From NCBI RefSeq assembly GCF_009914755.1, contig NC_060946.1: DNA of 64,000 nt. One strand, given 5' to 3'. The stretch comes from the human T2T-CHM13v2.0 reference genome, Homo sapiens. Below the pieces are notes generated by a model. It made no database searches. It saw nothing but the letters and a program-made list of their open reading frames with translations, and had not been told where the DNA came from. Both the position numbers and the translations under genes were made by a program. How positions within the stretch are numbered: the first letter of the stretch is position 1; the number at the start of each line of letters is the position of its first letter. This document shows, one piece after another, positions 1 to 14,547 of the stretch.

Positions 1-402
1 CACTTGATATTGACTATGAAACAAGATCCGGAAGAGAACAAATATAAATACAGATGGATCAGCTAAATGAAGGACTGCCGAGTAAAAACACAAAGAGGAT
101 GTTTGTGAGTGGAGGGGGATGGATCTCCTTCCCCACCCAGCAGTGAATATCATGGGAATCTCTCTCTACCTGAATCTACCTCTTATAATTCTTAAATTAA
201 GAACCATTAGAACTCTTCTAAGCTTTCTAAATACTCATTACAGTATGAAACCCTGCCCACCTCCCAGACAACTTCCTATGGACATTCGATTTTTTAAACA
301 TAGGATATGTTAAGTGATGGTCTTCATTCCTCGATGTCACATTTTAAATTTGTATTACTTTTTCTTCATTTTCCAAAGCTCCAGCTCAGCATTTTTGTAT
401 GC

Positions 403-407
<5 letters not shown>

Positions 408-443
<36 letters not shown>

Positions 444-447
444 TTTT
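408..447. repeat. (AT)n microsatellite followed by poly-T
   Basis: Read directly: ata-tatata... then tttttttttttt. Confidence 0.95.
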
Positions 448-498
448 AAAGTCTCAGTAGCCTTTTTAATGTGTCGATTTCTACACCCCAGCCTCAGG

Positions 499-605
499 TA
501 GTATAAGCTTCATGAGGACAGGAACCAGCCCTGCCTGCTCACACTGTCACCAGCATGTTCACAGGGCCGACACATGCCAGGCACTCAGGTATTAGTTGAA
601 TAGGT
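499..605 (+). mobile_element. L2 LINE 3'-end fragment
   Basis: taagcttcatgaggacagg...cacatgccaggcactcaggtattagttgaat resembles the conserved L2 3' terminus. Confidence 0.6.
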
Positions 606-1688
606 AAATGGAAGACTGGAAAATGTAGGCTGAACTGAGAACTTGTGGATAGACACACCTCAGTGATTTGTGAAAAGGAAGATTGGTCCAAAGCAATGTT
701 TGTTAACCAAATTTTCATTATCAAAGAGGAAAAACTAAACATTCCCTAAGAGAAATGAAAAAGGAATAAAATTTTTGTTAGATGATGTTGAGCTTTGAAA
801 TGCCACCAAGGACACTTTCAATATCAAATCTTCCTCATCCCCCCAACTCCAGAAAACTAGTTTTTGCTCAGGTACTGGCTCAGTGGAAAATGTGTGGTCT
901 GAAGCTGTAGTCTCCTAGTTTGTGAGTCTCCTTATTTTCACTGCCTGAAGGTTTGAGTCACCGTGGAAGGGGAGGAGGGGTGGTGGAGATCAGAAGTGAG
1001 GTCTGTGAACTCTGGAGTTGACTTAGGTGCAGAGAGGATGAGGTAGAACTGCTGGCAGGGAGGCCCCATCTGATCCAAGAGTGAGCTCGGCAGGCAGAAA
1101 GCACTTGGCAAAGCCCAGGGAATGGTTGGGAGAGACTGATAGACCCAGCACTCCTATTCCTTGAGGCCGGTCAGTGATGTGTATTAACCTAGGGTGGCTC
1201 TAACTTTAATGTGTCAGTGAAAGGGATCCGGCTACAACTCCACACTCCTGAGGTGGGGCCCAGTGGTCTGCATTTCTGTCAAAAATACTGCGAGGGAGCA
1301 CCAGGCTGCTCCTTCCACAGGCCATACTTTGAGAAGCATGACATTAACTCACCTGTGCATGTTATATTTGTTAAAGGGTAACTTTTCAAAAACAGGAAAA
1401 ACTATCACTCATATAGATATAAATGTTAAATATTTTATTAATGAAGTGAGCAGTGAGATGTTACAACCAGTTCAAAAGGGAACCCAAAGGGACGGACACA
1501 TCTATCACTCAGAATATTGAAATAAACTGGAAATTGATGCATAAGTGGCTTTGCCACATGGAGAAGGATTGGCTTTCCAAGGCAGGTTGATTTGCATGTT
1601 TATAAACAAGAATCATTTGCATTATCAGTTCTTTTCAACTTCACATACCATAAAACAGGTGAAAGGCTAGACTAGAAAACCTTAAAGG

Positions 1689-1975
1689 GGCTGGGTGCAG
1701 TGGCTCACTCCTGTTATCCCAGCACTTTGGGAGGTTGAGGTAGACAGATCTCTTGACCCCAGGAGTTTGAGACCAGCCTGAGCAACATAGACCCTCTCTC
1801 TACAAAAAAAGTTTTCAAAAATTAGCTGAGCATGATGGCATGAGCCTGTAGTCCCAGCTACTCAGGAGGCTGAGGTGGGAGAATCCCTTGAGCCAGGGAA
1901 GTGGAGGTTGCTGTGAGCCAGGATCATACCCTTGCATTCCAGTCTGGGTGATGGAGGGAGATCCTATCTCAAAAG
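1689..1975 (+). mobile_element. Alu (AluJ-like)
   Basis: ggctgggtgcagtggctcac start, dimeric structure with A-rich linker, J-type cttgacccc/aggagtttgag motifs. Confidence 0.9.
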
Positions 1976-2183
1976 TCTGAAGGAGTGTGATCTAAACAAT
2001 GTAGTGTTTCCACTGAAGCACAGATGTTTTCCCTGTGATTTGTAGTGATTGGCATTTTCAAACTGCAGATTGCTGTCTATATTAACTTGACAGTTTGTAA
2101 TAACTGCTTGAGATTAGCAGTTTGTCTTTCTTCAGTTAATTGTCATATTTAGCTCCTCTGTGTAATATGAGAAAGTAATGAGA

Positions 2184-2478
<295 letters not shown>

Positions 2479-2899
2479 ACATGAGAGCTCTTAAATAGAA
2501 TTTCCATCTATAAAAAGTAGGTACTGTCAGTATTCCCCTCACATAGTTTTATGAAGAAGTCATTTTAAAAAGAGAACCCCTGTAATCGATCAAGGACCCC
2601 ATCTGCCTTCTCTGTGGGCCTAGGATAAATTCTTTTGATTGTTTATGTCTATTTGGTGTAAAAAGATCTGTAGTTAAAATATACCATTGCATTATCCATA
2701 ATAGCCAAAAGGTGGAAGCAAGCCAAGAGTCTATCTGCAAATGAATAAAAAAATATGGTATATATACACTATATGCAGTAGAATACTATTCAGGCTTACA
2801 GAGAAAGGCAATTCTGACACATGCTACACCATGGATGAACATGGAAGACATTATGCCACATGAAATAAACCAGTCACCAAAGAACAAGTATTTTATGTG

Positions 2900-3889
2900 A
2901 TCAGCTTCTTGATAATCTCCAAAATAGCCACCTTAGCATATTGAATGTTTGAAGCTGAAGGAATCTCAGAAATGATAGGAAGGACACTCTGACCTTCTCA
3001 CCCTCTTCTCTGATGCAGGTCACAAGGCCCTTGGATGAGAGGTGCCATCCCTGTCCCTGGAGGAAGGAGCATCCTTGTCTCTTAAGATAACGCTGAGAGG
3101 AATCTGAATGATAGGTCCTGCTGTTCCTCCCAGTTTACTACACTTAGCTCCTAACCCTTTTTGTTCTCTCGCAATTTTCTGCTTCTCTCCACTTTTTATC
3201 AAACTGTTAAAAATTATGGGAGGCCATTCTTTTGGGCTGAGCCCCTGCACTAGCCTTCAACAGATCAGACCAAACCAAAATGGAATTACTTATGCTAAAT
3301 GCTGTGTCATCAAACTGAAACTTTAAGGAAGCAGATCCCCAAACAGACCAGTTTTTCCTGAAAACATGAGATTCCAGTCTACTTAAATCAGTGGAAGAAG
3401 GAAGTGCCCTCTGCTTTAACCATTACAAAAAAGTAACTGAAGTAGCTTGATGTTAACCAATCAGGTTTTTCTATTCTGTTTCCTTGTTGCTACCTCATAA
3501 AACCTGTGGTTCTGCTATTGCCCAGTGGGAACTCTCATTCTGTTTTGTAGAGTGGAAGGTGTCCAGATTCATGAATCATGAATAAAAGCCAATTAAATCT
3601 ATAAATTTGTTGTAGTCCTCTGATAATATAAAACCTAATTTGTTGTAATTTAGTCTTTTGACAAACCTAATATACAAAGACATATGTTTAACTGTTTCTT
3701 CAGGTCTTTATTTCCTTACAAAGGCTCCTAGTTATATCAAGTTACTTCCAGAAAAGTCAATTTTTTCTGTGTCATATAAAACTTATGTTAAGTAAATGTG
3801 TATGCTTTTCTCTTGTTAATCTGTCTTTTGTTACAAGATCCCCAGCCAAGAAATTAGAAGGGTGGAGGAAAAATATTTTTCCTCCCTTA
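2900..3889 (+). mobile_element. ERV1-class solo LTR (MER34/MER39-like), interrupted by a second LTR
   Basis: 5' part ccaaaatagccaccttagcat...gctgaagg; 3' part aaatgtgtatgcttttctcttgttaatctgtcttttgtta typical of the MER34/39 group. Confidence 0.6.
3205..3663 (+). mobile_element. Nested ERV1-class solo LTR (MER4-group; subfamily uncertain)
   Basis: TG...CA termini (tgttaaaaattatggg ... gtcttttgaca), CCAAT at ~3457, AATAAA at ~3581, near-match 4-bp flanks aaac/aacc. Confidence 0.65.
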
Positions 3890-3949
3890 TATATGATTCC
3901 ACTTATATGAGATATCTAGATCAGTAAAATTCATAGAAACAAAGTAGGA

Positions 3950-4243
3950 TAGTCAGGCTCAGTGGCTCATTCCTGTAATCCCAACATCTTGGAAGGATAA
4001 GGCAGGAGGATCACTTCAGCCCAAGAGTTCAAGACCAGGCTAGACAACATAGGGAGACCTCATCTCTACTTTAAAAAGAAAAGTCAGGTGTGGTGGAACA
4101 TACCTGTAGTCCCAACTACTGGGGAGGCTGAGGTGGGTTGGATCACTCGAATCTGGGAGTTCAAGCTTTCAGTGAACTATGATCATGCCACTGTACTCCA
4201 ACCTGGGTGACAGAGAGACCCTGTCAGAAAAAAGAAAAAAAAA
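3950..4243 (+). mobile_element. Alu (AluJ-like)
   Basis: Diverged dimer with A tail. Confidence 0.85.
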
Positions 4244-4423
4244 AGGTAGTTTGGTGGTTGCCAGAGGCTGGGGTAGAGAGGAATGAGGGCTTATTGCTTA
4301 CTGGGTACAGAGTTTCACTTCGGGATGATGAAAATGTTCTGGAGATGGATGGTGGTGATGGTTGTACAACAACATGAATGCACTTAATGCCAATAACTGC
4401 ACACTTAAGACTGGTTAAAATCG

Positions 4424-4703
4424 GGCTGGGCACGGTGGCTCACACCTGTAATCCCAGCACTTTGGGAGGCTGAGGCAGGCAGATCACGAGGTCAAGAGAT
4501 AGAGACCATCCTGGCCAACATGGTGAAACCCCGTCTCTACTAAAAATACAAAAATTCGCTAGGTGTGGCGGCAGGTGCCTGTAATCCCAGCTACTTGGGA
4601 GGCTGAGGCAGGAGAATCCTTGAACCTGCGAGGCAGAGTTTGCAGTGAGCCGAGATCGCGCCACTACTGCACTCCAGTCTGGTGACAGAGCAAGCCTCCA
4701 TCT

Positions 4704-4758
<55 letters not shown>
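4424..4758 (+). mobile_element. Alu (AluSc-like) with (AT)n tail at 4706-4758
   Basis: ggctgggcacggtggctcac...gatcacgaggtcaagagat; the tail is an (AT)n tract. Confidence 0.93.
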
Positions 4759-4759
<1 letters not shown>

Positions 4760-4799
4760 TTTACTATGATAAAGACATTTTATAAGCACCATTTACCAT

Positions 4800-4941
4800 T
4801 TGATCACCTATTAAATGCTAAAGGCTGTACATACATTTCACTAATCCTTAGAACAACTTTGTTCAGTAAAAATTATTCCTGGTTTACAGAGGAGAAAACT
4901 GAGGCTCAGAAAGGCTACTCATTTATTTGAAGTCTCACAGC
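4800..4941 (-). mobile_element. MIR SINE fragment
   Basis: Antisense MIR core tttacagaggagaaaactgaggctcagaaagg. Confidence 0.7.
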
Positions 4942-5293
4942 CTTCATAATGTTATTCATGCACTCTTTATGCCCTAGATAGTTGGAGAAATTACAGGAGA
5001 GAATCTCAGAAATAACTAAAATAATTGAAGATATGATCAAGAAACAAAAGTACAGTGTTTGAATAGAGACCAACTAAAGACAGCTGGGACTGGTTCAGTC
5101 TACATATAATTGAAAGGTAAATCACTAGGAAAGGGAAGGAGTCTCTGGGTTTCAAGATGAAATAGAAGTCATGAGAATTCTATAAATTTCAATTCAAGTT
5201 CACTGAAGAGAGCTAGGAGTCAGCTACTGTTTGCTGCAGATAATATTCAGTAAGGAGCTAACTGCTAATGCACTGGCCTGGGGAAGTGTTTAA

Positions 5294-5653
<360 letters not shown>

Positions 5654-7129
5654 TAATGGACATGGGAGTTCTTTAGGAATGAGGGAAATGATCGTTTCTT
5701 TGAATAAGGCAGAATACTAAAGACTAGCCAGCCCTCAGGCTCATGGTGGTTGCTGCTATTCTGTTGAACGTGAACCATAGCCTTTAGAAAGGAGCAAGTC
5801 TTTGTGGAAGACACAGGATTTGAAGTGCAACAAAGGGGTGGAAACCCAGCTGACCATGATACCTTCAAGTGAGTTTTTCCACTGAATTTGATTATTTTCT
5901 CATTTGGCACTTCTTTCTGGGTTTTTTAAGCAGCCCAAAAACTCTAGGATATTTTACTTTTGTAATTGTATTCTCTTGGGAATGCTCATTCCTGATTCCT
6001 CATTTCACCAAATAGGTGTGTAACCTTCTTGTTTCTGCCCATAATAATTCTGGAGTCTTTAAACAAAACGACTGTGACTTTTCATGATGAGTAGAAGATA
6101 GGTTTTACTCATGCTACAATCAATATTAATTCCTTACAGTTCAAAGACACTGAGGCCCTGTCTAATAATATAGAAGTTGAACTTGGACTTGGGAGATGAC
6201 TCCTGCCTCTCGTACTCTCTGTGGCTCTGCTTTCTATTATTTTACTCATAAGCTTGTTTTGTCTCCTTGCTGAGAATTGTCAAACATGAAATGTAATTTC
6301 AGGTTATAGTGAAGAAAGATGACATAGGCAGAAGAAATTGGCAATCATTTGGCCTGTACATCTTGCTTTTTGTTTTTTTTCTGGACTTAAGATATAGACC
6401 ACACCTTGACATTTCTGGCCTTTGAGTCTTTCACAACTGTTATTATAATGCATTAGCTCTTCTAGAAGTTAGAAGTGACTTTGGATTAAGTCTTTCATAA
6501 GGTGGCTAAATGAATTTATATGGCTCATCACAATTCACTAGATTGGTTAAGCAGGAAATTTACAGAGATTTTTTTCTTTGCTGTAAATGTTTTTCTAAAT
6601 TGAAAAACTTCTAATACTGTCTTCTGGAGTAGTCCTAGAAATAAGTGCAAGTGATTGTTTTTGGCAGGAGGCCACATAAACATTTCTGCTTCTCTGTGCC
6701 TTATGGGTAGCATTGATATAAATTGTTAAAAATAATGATTGTAGATAGATAATGTGTCAGAGTTTGGGCTCAGCCACGGTAGCTGCTGTTGACCCAGAGG
6801 GACCACTGGGATCCTCACATCTCAGGGCAGCACATCGTTTGCAGCAATGGTTGCTTCTATGCAACCTTTTATGAAATTAGGTGAGGCCCTTGCTTAGAAT
6901 TTTTTAAAAGCTTAATATGAGTTTATATCTCTTTAAATATCAGTTTCTAATATTTTTTTAAAGGCCTATGTTTACAACAAATTTGGGAGATACCTATATG
7001 CACTACTAACTAGTGTTCTTTTGTGGTGCTTTAGAAATTCTGGCTTACTTGTATTTTTGCTGGCCTTCTAATGATTTCACTCATCAATCAGAAGATATTT
7101 GTGTCCACCTCCCTGCTTCCTCTCCGGTG

Positions 7130-8460
7130 ATCTTGTCTATTCTTGGCCATTTTAGAGTTGACTTAGCAGCCTTCACAAAACTGATTGGAATTTCCACTGG
7201 GATTAAATTGATAGGTCATTTTTGGGAGACCTTTGCAATATTGAACTTTCCAATCCGTGAACTTTACTTATCTGCCCATTTATTATGTTTGTTTTTGGTA
7301 GATTACAAAATTATATGATCACTCCAAAAATTACCTTGCCCTTTATAGTAAAACCTTCCGTTGTAAACTTCTGGCAATCACTGATCTGTGTTCCTCTAGC
7401 ATTGCTTTTTTTTCAGAATTTTATACAAATGGAATCGTTCAGGATGTAGCCTTTTGAGTCTGGCTACTTTCATGTACTGCATCAACAGTTATTCCTTTTT
7501 ATTGCCAAATAGTAATCCATTGTATAAATACTACATGGTTTGCTTATTGGTTTGTCATTGGAGGAATATGGACTATTTTCACTTTTTGGTAAATTATAAG
7601 TGGATTGGAATTCACAAAGGGCTTTTTGTCTGAGCATAGGTTTTCATTTCACTTGTGCAAATGCCTAAGGGTAGGATTGCCGAGTCACATGGTCCGTGTA
7701 CGTTTGACTTTATCAGAACCTGCCAAATTGTCTTCCAAAGTGCTGTGCCACTTCTGTTTCTTTAATAAATACAGGGGTATTCAAGCTGTCTGTTTCTTCT
7801 TGAGTTTTGGTAGTCTGTCTTTCAAGGAATTGATCTATTTCACCTAATTTGTAGAATTTAGAAGCATATAGTTGTTTGTTTTCTTTTTGTAGTATCCATT
7901 ATAGCCTTCTAGTGTCTACAGGATTTGTAATAATATTCCTTTCATTTCTGGTATTGGCAATTTGTGTTTTCTCTTCTTCCTTTGTCAGTCTGCTAGAGGC
8001 TTCCTCATTTGATTGATTTCCACCTCCCACCACCCCTGCAAAGAACCAACTTTGGATTTCGTTGAATTTTTTTCCTTTACTGTTTTTGTTTAAATATTAC
8101 TGATTTAGTCTGTTTTTCTTATGCCTGATTTGAGTTTATTTGGTTCTTTTTTTACTTAAAGTAAATGCTTACATTATTGATTTGATGCTTCATTTCTCAT
8201 AATTTAGTGCTATAAATTGCCCTGTAAGCACATATTTTGATAAGATGATGTCATATTTATTAAGTTCAAACTGTTTTCCAATTTGTCTTAAGATACTCTC
8301 TTTGACCTATGGGCCATTTAGAAGTACACCATTTAACTTCTCATATTTGGGAATGTTCTAGAAATGTTCTAGATTCCTAGTTTAATTCTGTCATCAGAGA
8401 AAATAATTCACTGAATTTTAATTGTTTAACTTCAGGGTTTGTTTTATGACTCAGAATATG
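7130..8460 (-). mobile_element. Degraded old L1M fragments
   Basis: T-rich antisense L1-like motifs (ctggcaatcactgatctg, ccattgtataaatactac, tttgacctatgggccatttagaag). Confidence 0.55.
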
Positions 8461-8659
8461 ATCTCTCACCACCGCCATCCAGATAATTCTTCAGGTTTTG
8501 ACGTTTCCCAACCTGTCTGCTGGTTACTTTTCAGAGTTCTTAGGTCATTGCTATTTATATTTTGTCCAGAGTTTCAAATTGTGATCAGTGGAAATGACAG
8601 GCCGTAGCATGCATACGCCATCCTGGCCAGCATCACAAGTGGTCAGTATATCTTTCTGT

Positions 8660-8947
8660 TGTTGTTTTGAGACAGGGTCTCACTCTGTTGCCCAGGCTGG
8701 AGCACAGTGGCATGATCAGGGATCACTGCATTCTCAACCTGCTAGGCTCAAGTGATCCTCCCACCTCAGCCTCCCGAATAGCTGGGTCTATAGGTGTGCT
8801 GCCATGCCCAGCTAATTTTTGTATTTTTTATAAAGACGGGATTTTGCCTTGTTGCCCAGGCTGGTCTCAAACTCCTGAGCTCAGGCCATCCTCTCACTCG
8901 GGCCTCCCAAACTACTAGGATTATAGGTATGACCACCACACCTGGCT
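8660..8947 (-). mobile_element. Alu (AluJ-like)
   Basis: gagacagggtctcactctgttgcccaggctgg...ggctcaagtgatcctcccacc. Confidence 0.9.
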
Positions 8948-9312
8948 AGTACATCTTAAAAATAATTTCTGATCCACGTTGAATAATGATGGCCTGTAAA
9001 TATTTTTTCTTGCCCTTGCCTTATTGGGTTTTGATATCAAGGTTATTTTTATTTTAACCTTGTAAAATGAACTGGGGAGTCTTCTTTCTGTATTCTCTGT
9101 TTGTGTTAGTGGAAGAGTTTTTTTTTTGTTTGTTTGTTTGGTTGGTTTGTTTCTCTTGTATGTTTCATGGAACTTTTTGGTGAAGGCACTTGGGCCTACA
9201 AATTTCTTTATGGGAAGTTTTTTCATTACTGATTCAATATATTTAATCTATGTAAGTTTTTTTTCTACTTTTTGAGTGAATTTTGATTTTTTTCCCTAGA
9301 AATTCATATCTC

Positions 9313-9619
<307 letters not shown>

Positions 9620-9670
9620 CTATGCTTTAAAGTCTGTTGGCATAAAGGTATTCATAATTTTACATTATGA

Positions 9671-9973
<303 letters not shown>

Positions 9974-10107
9974 TGACTTCCTTTCAGAGTCTTTCTATCT
10001 GTAGTACAGTCCTCCTGTGCAAGATTGTTGTTTGACTGCTTTTTCTTGACAAATCTTGCTAAAGGTCTGTGAATTTTATAATGTATTTTTAAAGAACCAG
10101 ATTTTAG

Positions 10108-10262
10108 CAGGGCATGGTGGCTCATACCTGTAATCCCAGCACTTTGAGAGGAAAAGGTGGGAAGATCGCTTGAGCCTGTAAGGGGGAGGCTGTACTAAGC
10201 TGTGATTAAGCCACTACACTCCAGCCTGGGCAACAGAATGAGACCCTATCTGAAAACCAAAA
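10108..10262 (+). mobile_element. Monomeric Alu (FRAM-like or left/right-arm recombinant)
   Basis: Left-arm start joined directly to right-arm end, ~150 bp. Confidence 0.75.
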
Positions 10263-10392
10263 GAACCACAAGTTTTAGCTTGGCTGATTCTATTGTGTGT
10301 TTCTTTTGTATTTCATTTGTTTGTTATGTTTTTCCTTTTTCTTTCTTTGAATTTAACTTGTTCTTTGTCTGATTTATTGACTGATGCTTAGG

Positions 10393-10671
10393 TTTTTTTT
10401 TCTTTTTTTTTTTTTTTGAGACGTAGTCTCACTCTTTCACCAGGCTGGAGTGCAGTGGCACAATCTCGGCTCAAGCAATTCTCCTGCCTCAGCCTCCCGA
10501 GTAGCTGGGACTACAGGTGTGCGCCACCACACCCAGCTAATTTTTGTATTTTTAGTAGAGTTGGGGTTTTACCATGTTGGGCAGGATTGTCTCGATCTCT
10601 TGACCTCATGATCCACCTGCCTCGGCCTCCCAAAGTGCTGGGATTACATGCGTGAGCCACTGTGCCCGGTC
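10393..10671 (-). mobile_element. Alu (AluSc-like) with small internal deletion
   Basis: ctcggctca joined directly to agcaattctcc, so the ctgcaacctcc segment is missing. Confidence 0.88.
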
Positions 10672-10728
10672 TGTTGATGTTTTTTCCAAGTTCCTTTTCT
10701 AATGTTCTCATTTAAGACTATAAATTTC

Positions 10729-10944
10729 CCCAGCCTGGACAACATGGTGAAACTTTATCTCTACCAAACACACAAAAATTTAGCCAGGTGTAGTGGTGTG
10801 AGCCTGTGGTCCCAGCTACTCAGGAGGCTGAGGTGGGAGGCTCACTTGAGCCCAGGAGGTGGAGGGTAGTAAGCCAAGATTGTGCTACTGCACTCCAGCT
10901 GGGGTGACAGAGTGAGACCCCATCTCAAAAAAAAAAAAAAAAAA
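10729..10944 (+). mobile_element. 5'-truncated Alu with target-site duplication
   Basis: Flanks aagactataaatttccc (~10714) and aagactatcattttccc (~10942); poly-A tail. Confidence 0.88.
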
Positions 10945-11526
10945 GACTATCATTTTCCCCTTATGAATGGATTTAATTATATCCTACAGTTTTAAATATG
11001 TAGAATTGATGATGAATTTGCCTTATTTTATCTTCAAGCTATGGGCTATTTAAAAGTATACTTTTAGAAAGTTTCTAAAATTGTTACCAGAAATTATGAT
11101 CTCTCCACTTTCTTTGAAATTTTTTACTTGTTTTAACACTTGTCTATATGGTTAATTTTTGAACTTGTCCACAGTTTCTTGAAGGGAAGTCTATTTCTGC
11201 AGTTAAATCTCATGTTCTGTATGTGTGCATTTAGTCTATTTTTTCATAATTTTAAATCTTCATCCTCCCTAATTATTTTTATACTTTATTTACTGAGAGA
11301 TATATTAAATATCCTACTAGAAGCATGGATTTGTCTGTCTCCTCATCTGTCAACTTTTGCTTTTTGAGGCTGTACTTGGGTGCATATGATTCAAAAAATA
11401 TACATCTTTTTTTTAATTTGAACTTTTATCAAAATGAAATGTTTTCCTTCATTTATGTATGCTTTCAACATTATGTATGATATAGCTATAGTAACTGGTT
11501 AGACTTTGCACTGTGTATCTTTCACG

Positions 11527-11823
11527 TGTGTGTGTGTGTGTGTGTGTGTGTTTTTCCACTGTGCTGCCCAGGCTATAGTGCAGGGGCTGTTCACAGGCGT
11601 GACTGTGGCTCCCTGCTGCCTTAAACTCCTGGGCTCAAATGATCCTCCTACCTCAGTCTTTACAGTGATGTGTGCCACCACTGCCAAATAATTGTTTTTA
11701 TTTCTTTAGAGATAGAATTTGGCTATATTGCCCAGGCTGGTCTTGAGTTCTTGGTCTCAAGTGATCCTCTCACCTCTGCTTCCTGAGTCACTGGGATTAC
11801 AGGCATGTGCCACCAAGTCCGGC
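11527..11823 (-). mobile_element. 7SL-derived dimer: FLAM-like monomer plus FAM-like monomer, with (CA)n tail
   Basis: The right monomer retains the 7SL/FAM segment (minus strand tcacgcctgtgaacagcccctgcac); (TG)n at 11527-11550. Confidence 0.65.
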
Positions 11824-12289
11824 TCCTCTGATACATATTTTAATACCTTTTAAAATCATTCTATATCTTTGTATTTTAAATATGACTTATAAATAGCATG
11901 GAATGGGATTTTAACAATTTATCCATCTTTAACTGGATTACTTAGTCCATTTGCATGTATTTGTATTCTGACATACTTAGATTCTGTATAGATGGTGAGT
12001 GGTGTGTATGTACATGCATGTGTGTTTGTGTCATTTTGTCACTTTCTATTTATCCTACTTATGTTTCTTTTTTCCTTTCTTGCCTTCTTTTCAATTGGTG
12101 GGATTTTTTTTCTTCTCTAGTCATTTTAAGTTAGTCTTTGTTTATATTCTTTTAGTAACTGTCATGCTAATTTAAATGTTCATATTTAAGTTATGAAAGT
12201 TGAAAATTTATCCTCCTCCTGGGTGATAGGATAACTTAAGAATACTTTCATTGCATTAAACTCCTCTTGAGTTATGCTACAACAGTATA

Positions 12290-12760
12290 TTTTCAACTTT
12301 TTGTTTTGACATAATTGCAGATTCACAGGTGCTTTTAAGAAATAATATAAAGAAATCCAATATAGTCTTCACTCAGTTTCTCCCAATGGTAACGTCTTGC
12401 ATAACTACCTTGTTCAGATTTCACCAGTTTTATGTGCACTTTTAGGTTTTTTTGTGTATTTAGTTCTATGAAATTTTATCGTGTACATAGATTAGATACC
12501 TAACCACCATCACCATCGTCAAGATACAGAACAGTTCCATCAGAAGGATGGATCCCTTGTGCTACCCATTTTATAGTCACAAACACGTTCCTCACTCCCT
12601 GACCCCTGGCAACCACTAATGGGTTTTTCATCTCTGTGACTTTATTTCAAGAACACATGTAAATGAAACCACACACTGTCTAATATTTTGAGATTGAGTT
12701 TTTTTATTCAGCATAATTATCTTGTGACCCATCAAAGTTGTTTTCATATATTTTATCATT
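12290..12760 (-). mobile_element. Old L1MC/ME 3'-end fragment
   Basis: cactcagtttctcccaatggtaacgtcttgc; ccctggcaaccactaat; caagatacagaacagttccatc. Confidence 0.65.
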
Positions 12761-13089
12761 TTTCTTTTTATATTTCATGGGACATTACTTCTGTTGTTTT
12801 ATACATTTCACATTTGTTTAGTTTTATCCATATATTCACTTGTCTTTTTCCTGCTCTTCGTTTCTTCTTATATCCCAGATCTTCCACTTGGGATCATTTT
12901 CCTCCTGTCTGAAATCTTTTAGTATCTGTTTAGTAATGGTTTCCTTGGGTGAGCTCCCTCAATTTCTGCACATTTTAAGCTCTATTATGTTAGTCTCGTA
13001 CTTAATTTTTTTTTATTGTGGTATAAGAGGCATACAGGTAAGGAGATCATGAACGTACAACTCAAAATTTTCACATAGTTAACACCTAA

Positions 13090-13437
<348 letters not shown>

Positions 13438-13682
13438 TGATTTTTTACACTATAGATTAGTTTTCCTATTATTCGCTTTATAAATGGGATCTTTTCTTTT
13501 GGCTGCTTTTCTCAGCTTTAGGCTTGTGAGCTCTATCCATGTTGTTGCACATGGCAGTGGTTTGTTTATTGTTGTGTGCACTCAGCTTTACTAATATTGC
13601 ACAATATGTTTATCTGTTCTGCTGTTGGCTGACATTCAGGTTCTTCCAAGCTTGGTTCCATTATGAGTAATGCCATTATAAA

Positions 13683-13683
<1 letters not shown>

Positions 13684-13737
<54 letters not shown>

Positions 13738-14023
13738 TTTGGAGATGGAGTCTTGCTCTTGTCACCCAGGCTGGAGTGCAATGGCACAATCTCAGCTCAC
13801 TGCAACCTCCACCTCCTGGGTTCAAGCAATTCTCCCTGCCTCGGCCTCCCAAGAAGCTGGGATTACAGGTGCCCACCACCACGCCTGGCTAATTTTTTTT
13901 TTTAGTAGAGACGGGGTTTTACCATGTTGGTCGGGCTGGTCTCGAACTCCTGACCTCAGGTGATCTGCCTGCCTCGGCCTCCCAAAGTGCTGGAATTGCA
14001 GGCATGAGCCACTGTTCCCTGCC
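13684..14023 (-). mobile_element. Alu (AluS) with (GAAA)n-derived tail
   Basis: (TTTC)n at 13684-13740; aactttctt repeated at both flanks; inserted into an old antisense L1M. Confidence 0.92.
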
Positions 14024-14210
14024 CTGAACTTTCTTGTCCTTACCTTTTGGTGCACACGTGTGTACTTTAATTTGATCTGTGTCTGGGAGTGCAAGTGCTT
14101 TATAGAGCATGTGTACAGTTTTAGGAGATACTGCTAAAAATTTTGCAGTGGCTGTAACAGTTTACACTCTGCCAGCTGTTGATGAAGGTTCCAGTTGTTT
14201 CCCATCCTTC

Positions 14211-14547
14211 TGTTATAGGAAAGGTGTCCTGATCTAGACTCCAAGAGAGGGTTATTGGATCTGGTGCAAGAAAGAATTCAGGGCGAGTCCATAGAGTAAA
14301 GTGATAGCAAGTTTATTAAGAAAGTAGAAGAATAAAAGAATGGCTACTCTATAGACAGAGCAGCCCGAGGGCTGCTGGTTAACCATTCTTATGGTTATTT
14401 CTAGATAATATGTTAAACAAGGGGTGGATTATTTATGCCTCCTTTTTTTTTAAGACCATGTAGGGTAAATTTCTGATATTGCCATGGCATTTGTAAACTG
14501 TGGTGGAGCTAGTGGGAATGTAGCAGTGGGAGGACGACCAGAGGTCT
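14211..14547 (-). mobile_element. MER4-like ERV1 LTR, truncated
   Basis: tgttataggaaaggtgtcctgatctagactccaagagagggttattggatc...caagtttattaag matches the antisense MER4-type LTR end; similarity stops at gaccagaggtc. Confidence 0.75.

Larger units (their letters stand above)
2680..4780 (+). mobile_element. Old L1M (L1MB-like) 3'-end, split by nested LTRs and Alus
   Basis: Collinear pieces at ~2680-2900 (aatagccaaaaggtggaagc...), ~3890-3950 (atgattccacttatatgag) and ~4245-4422 (ggttgccagaggctgggg...gttgtacaac). Confidence 0.7.
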
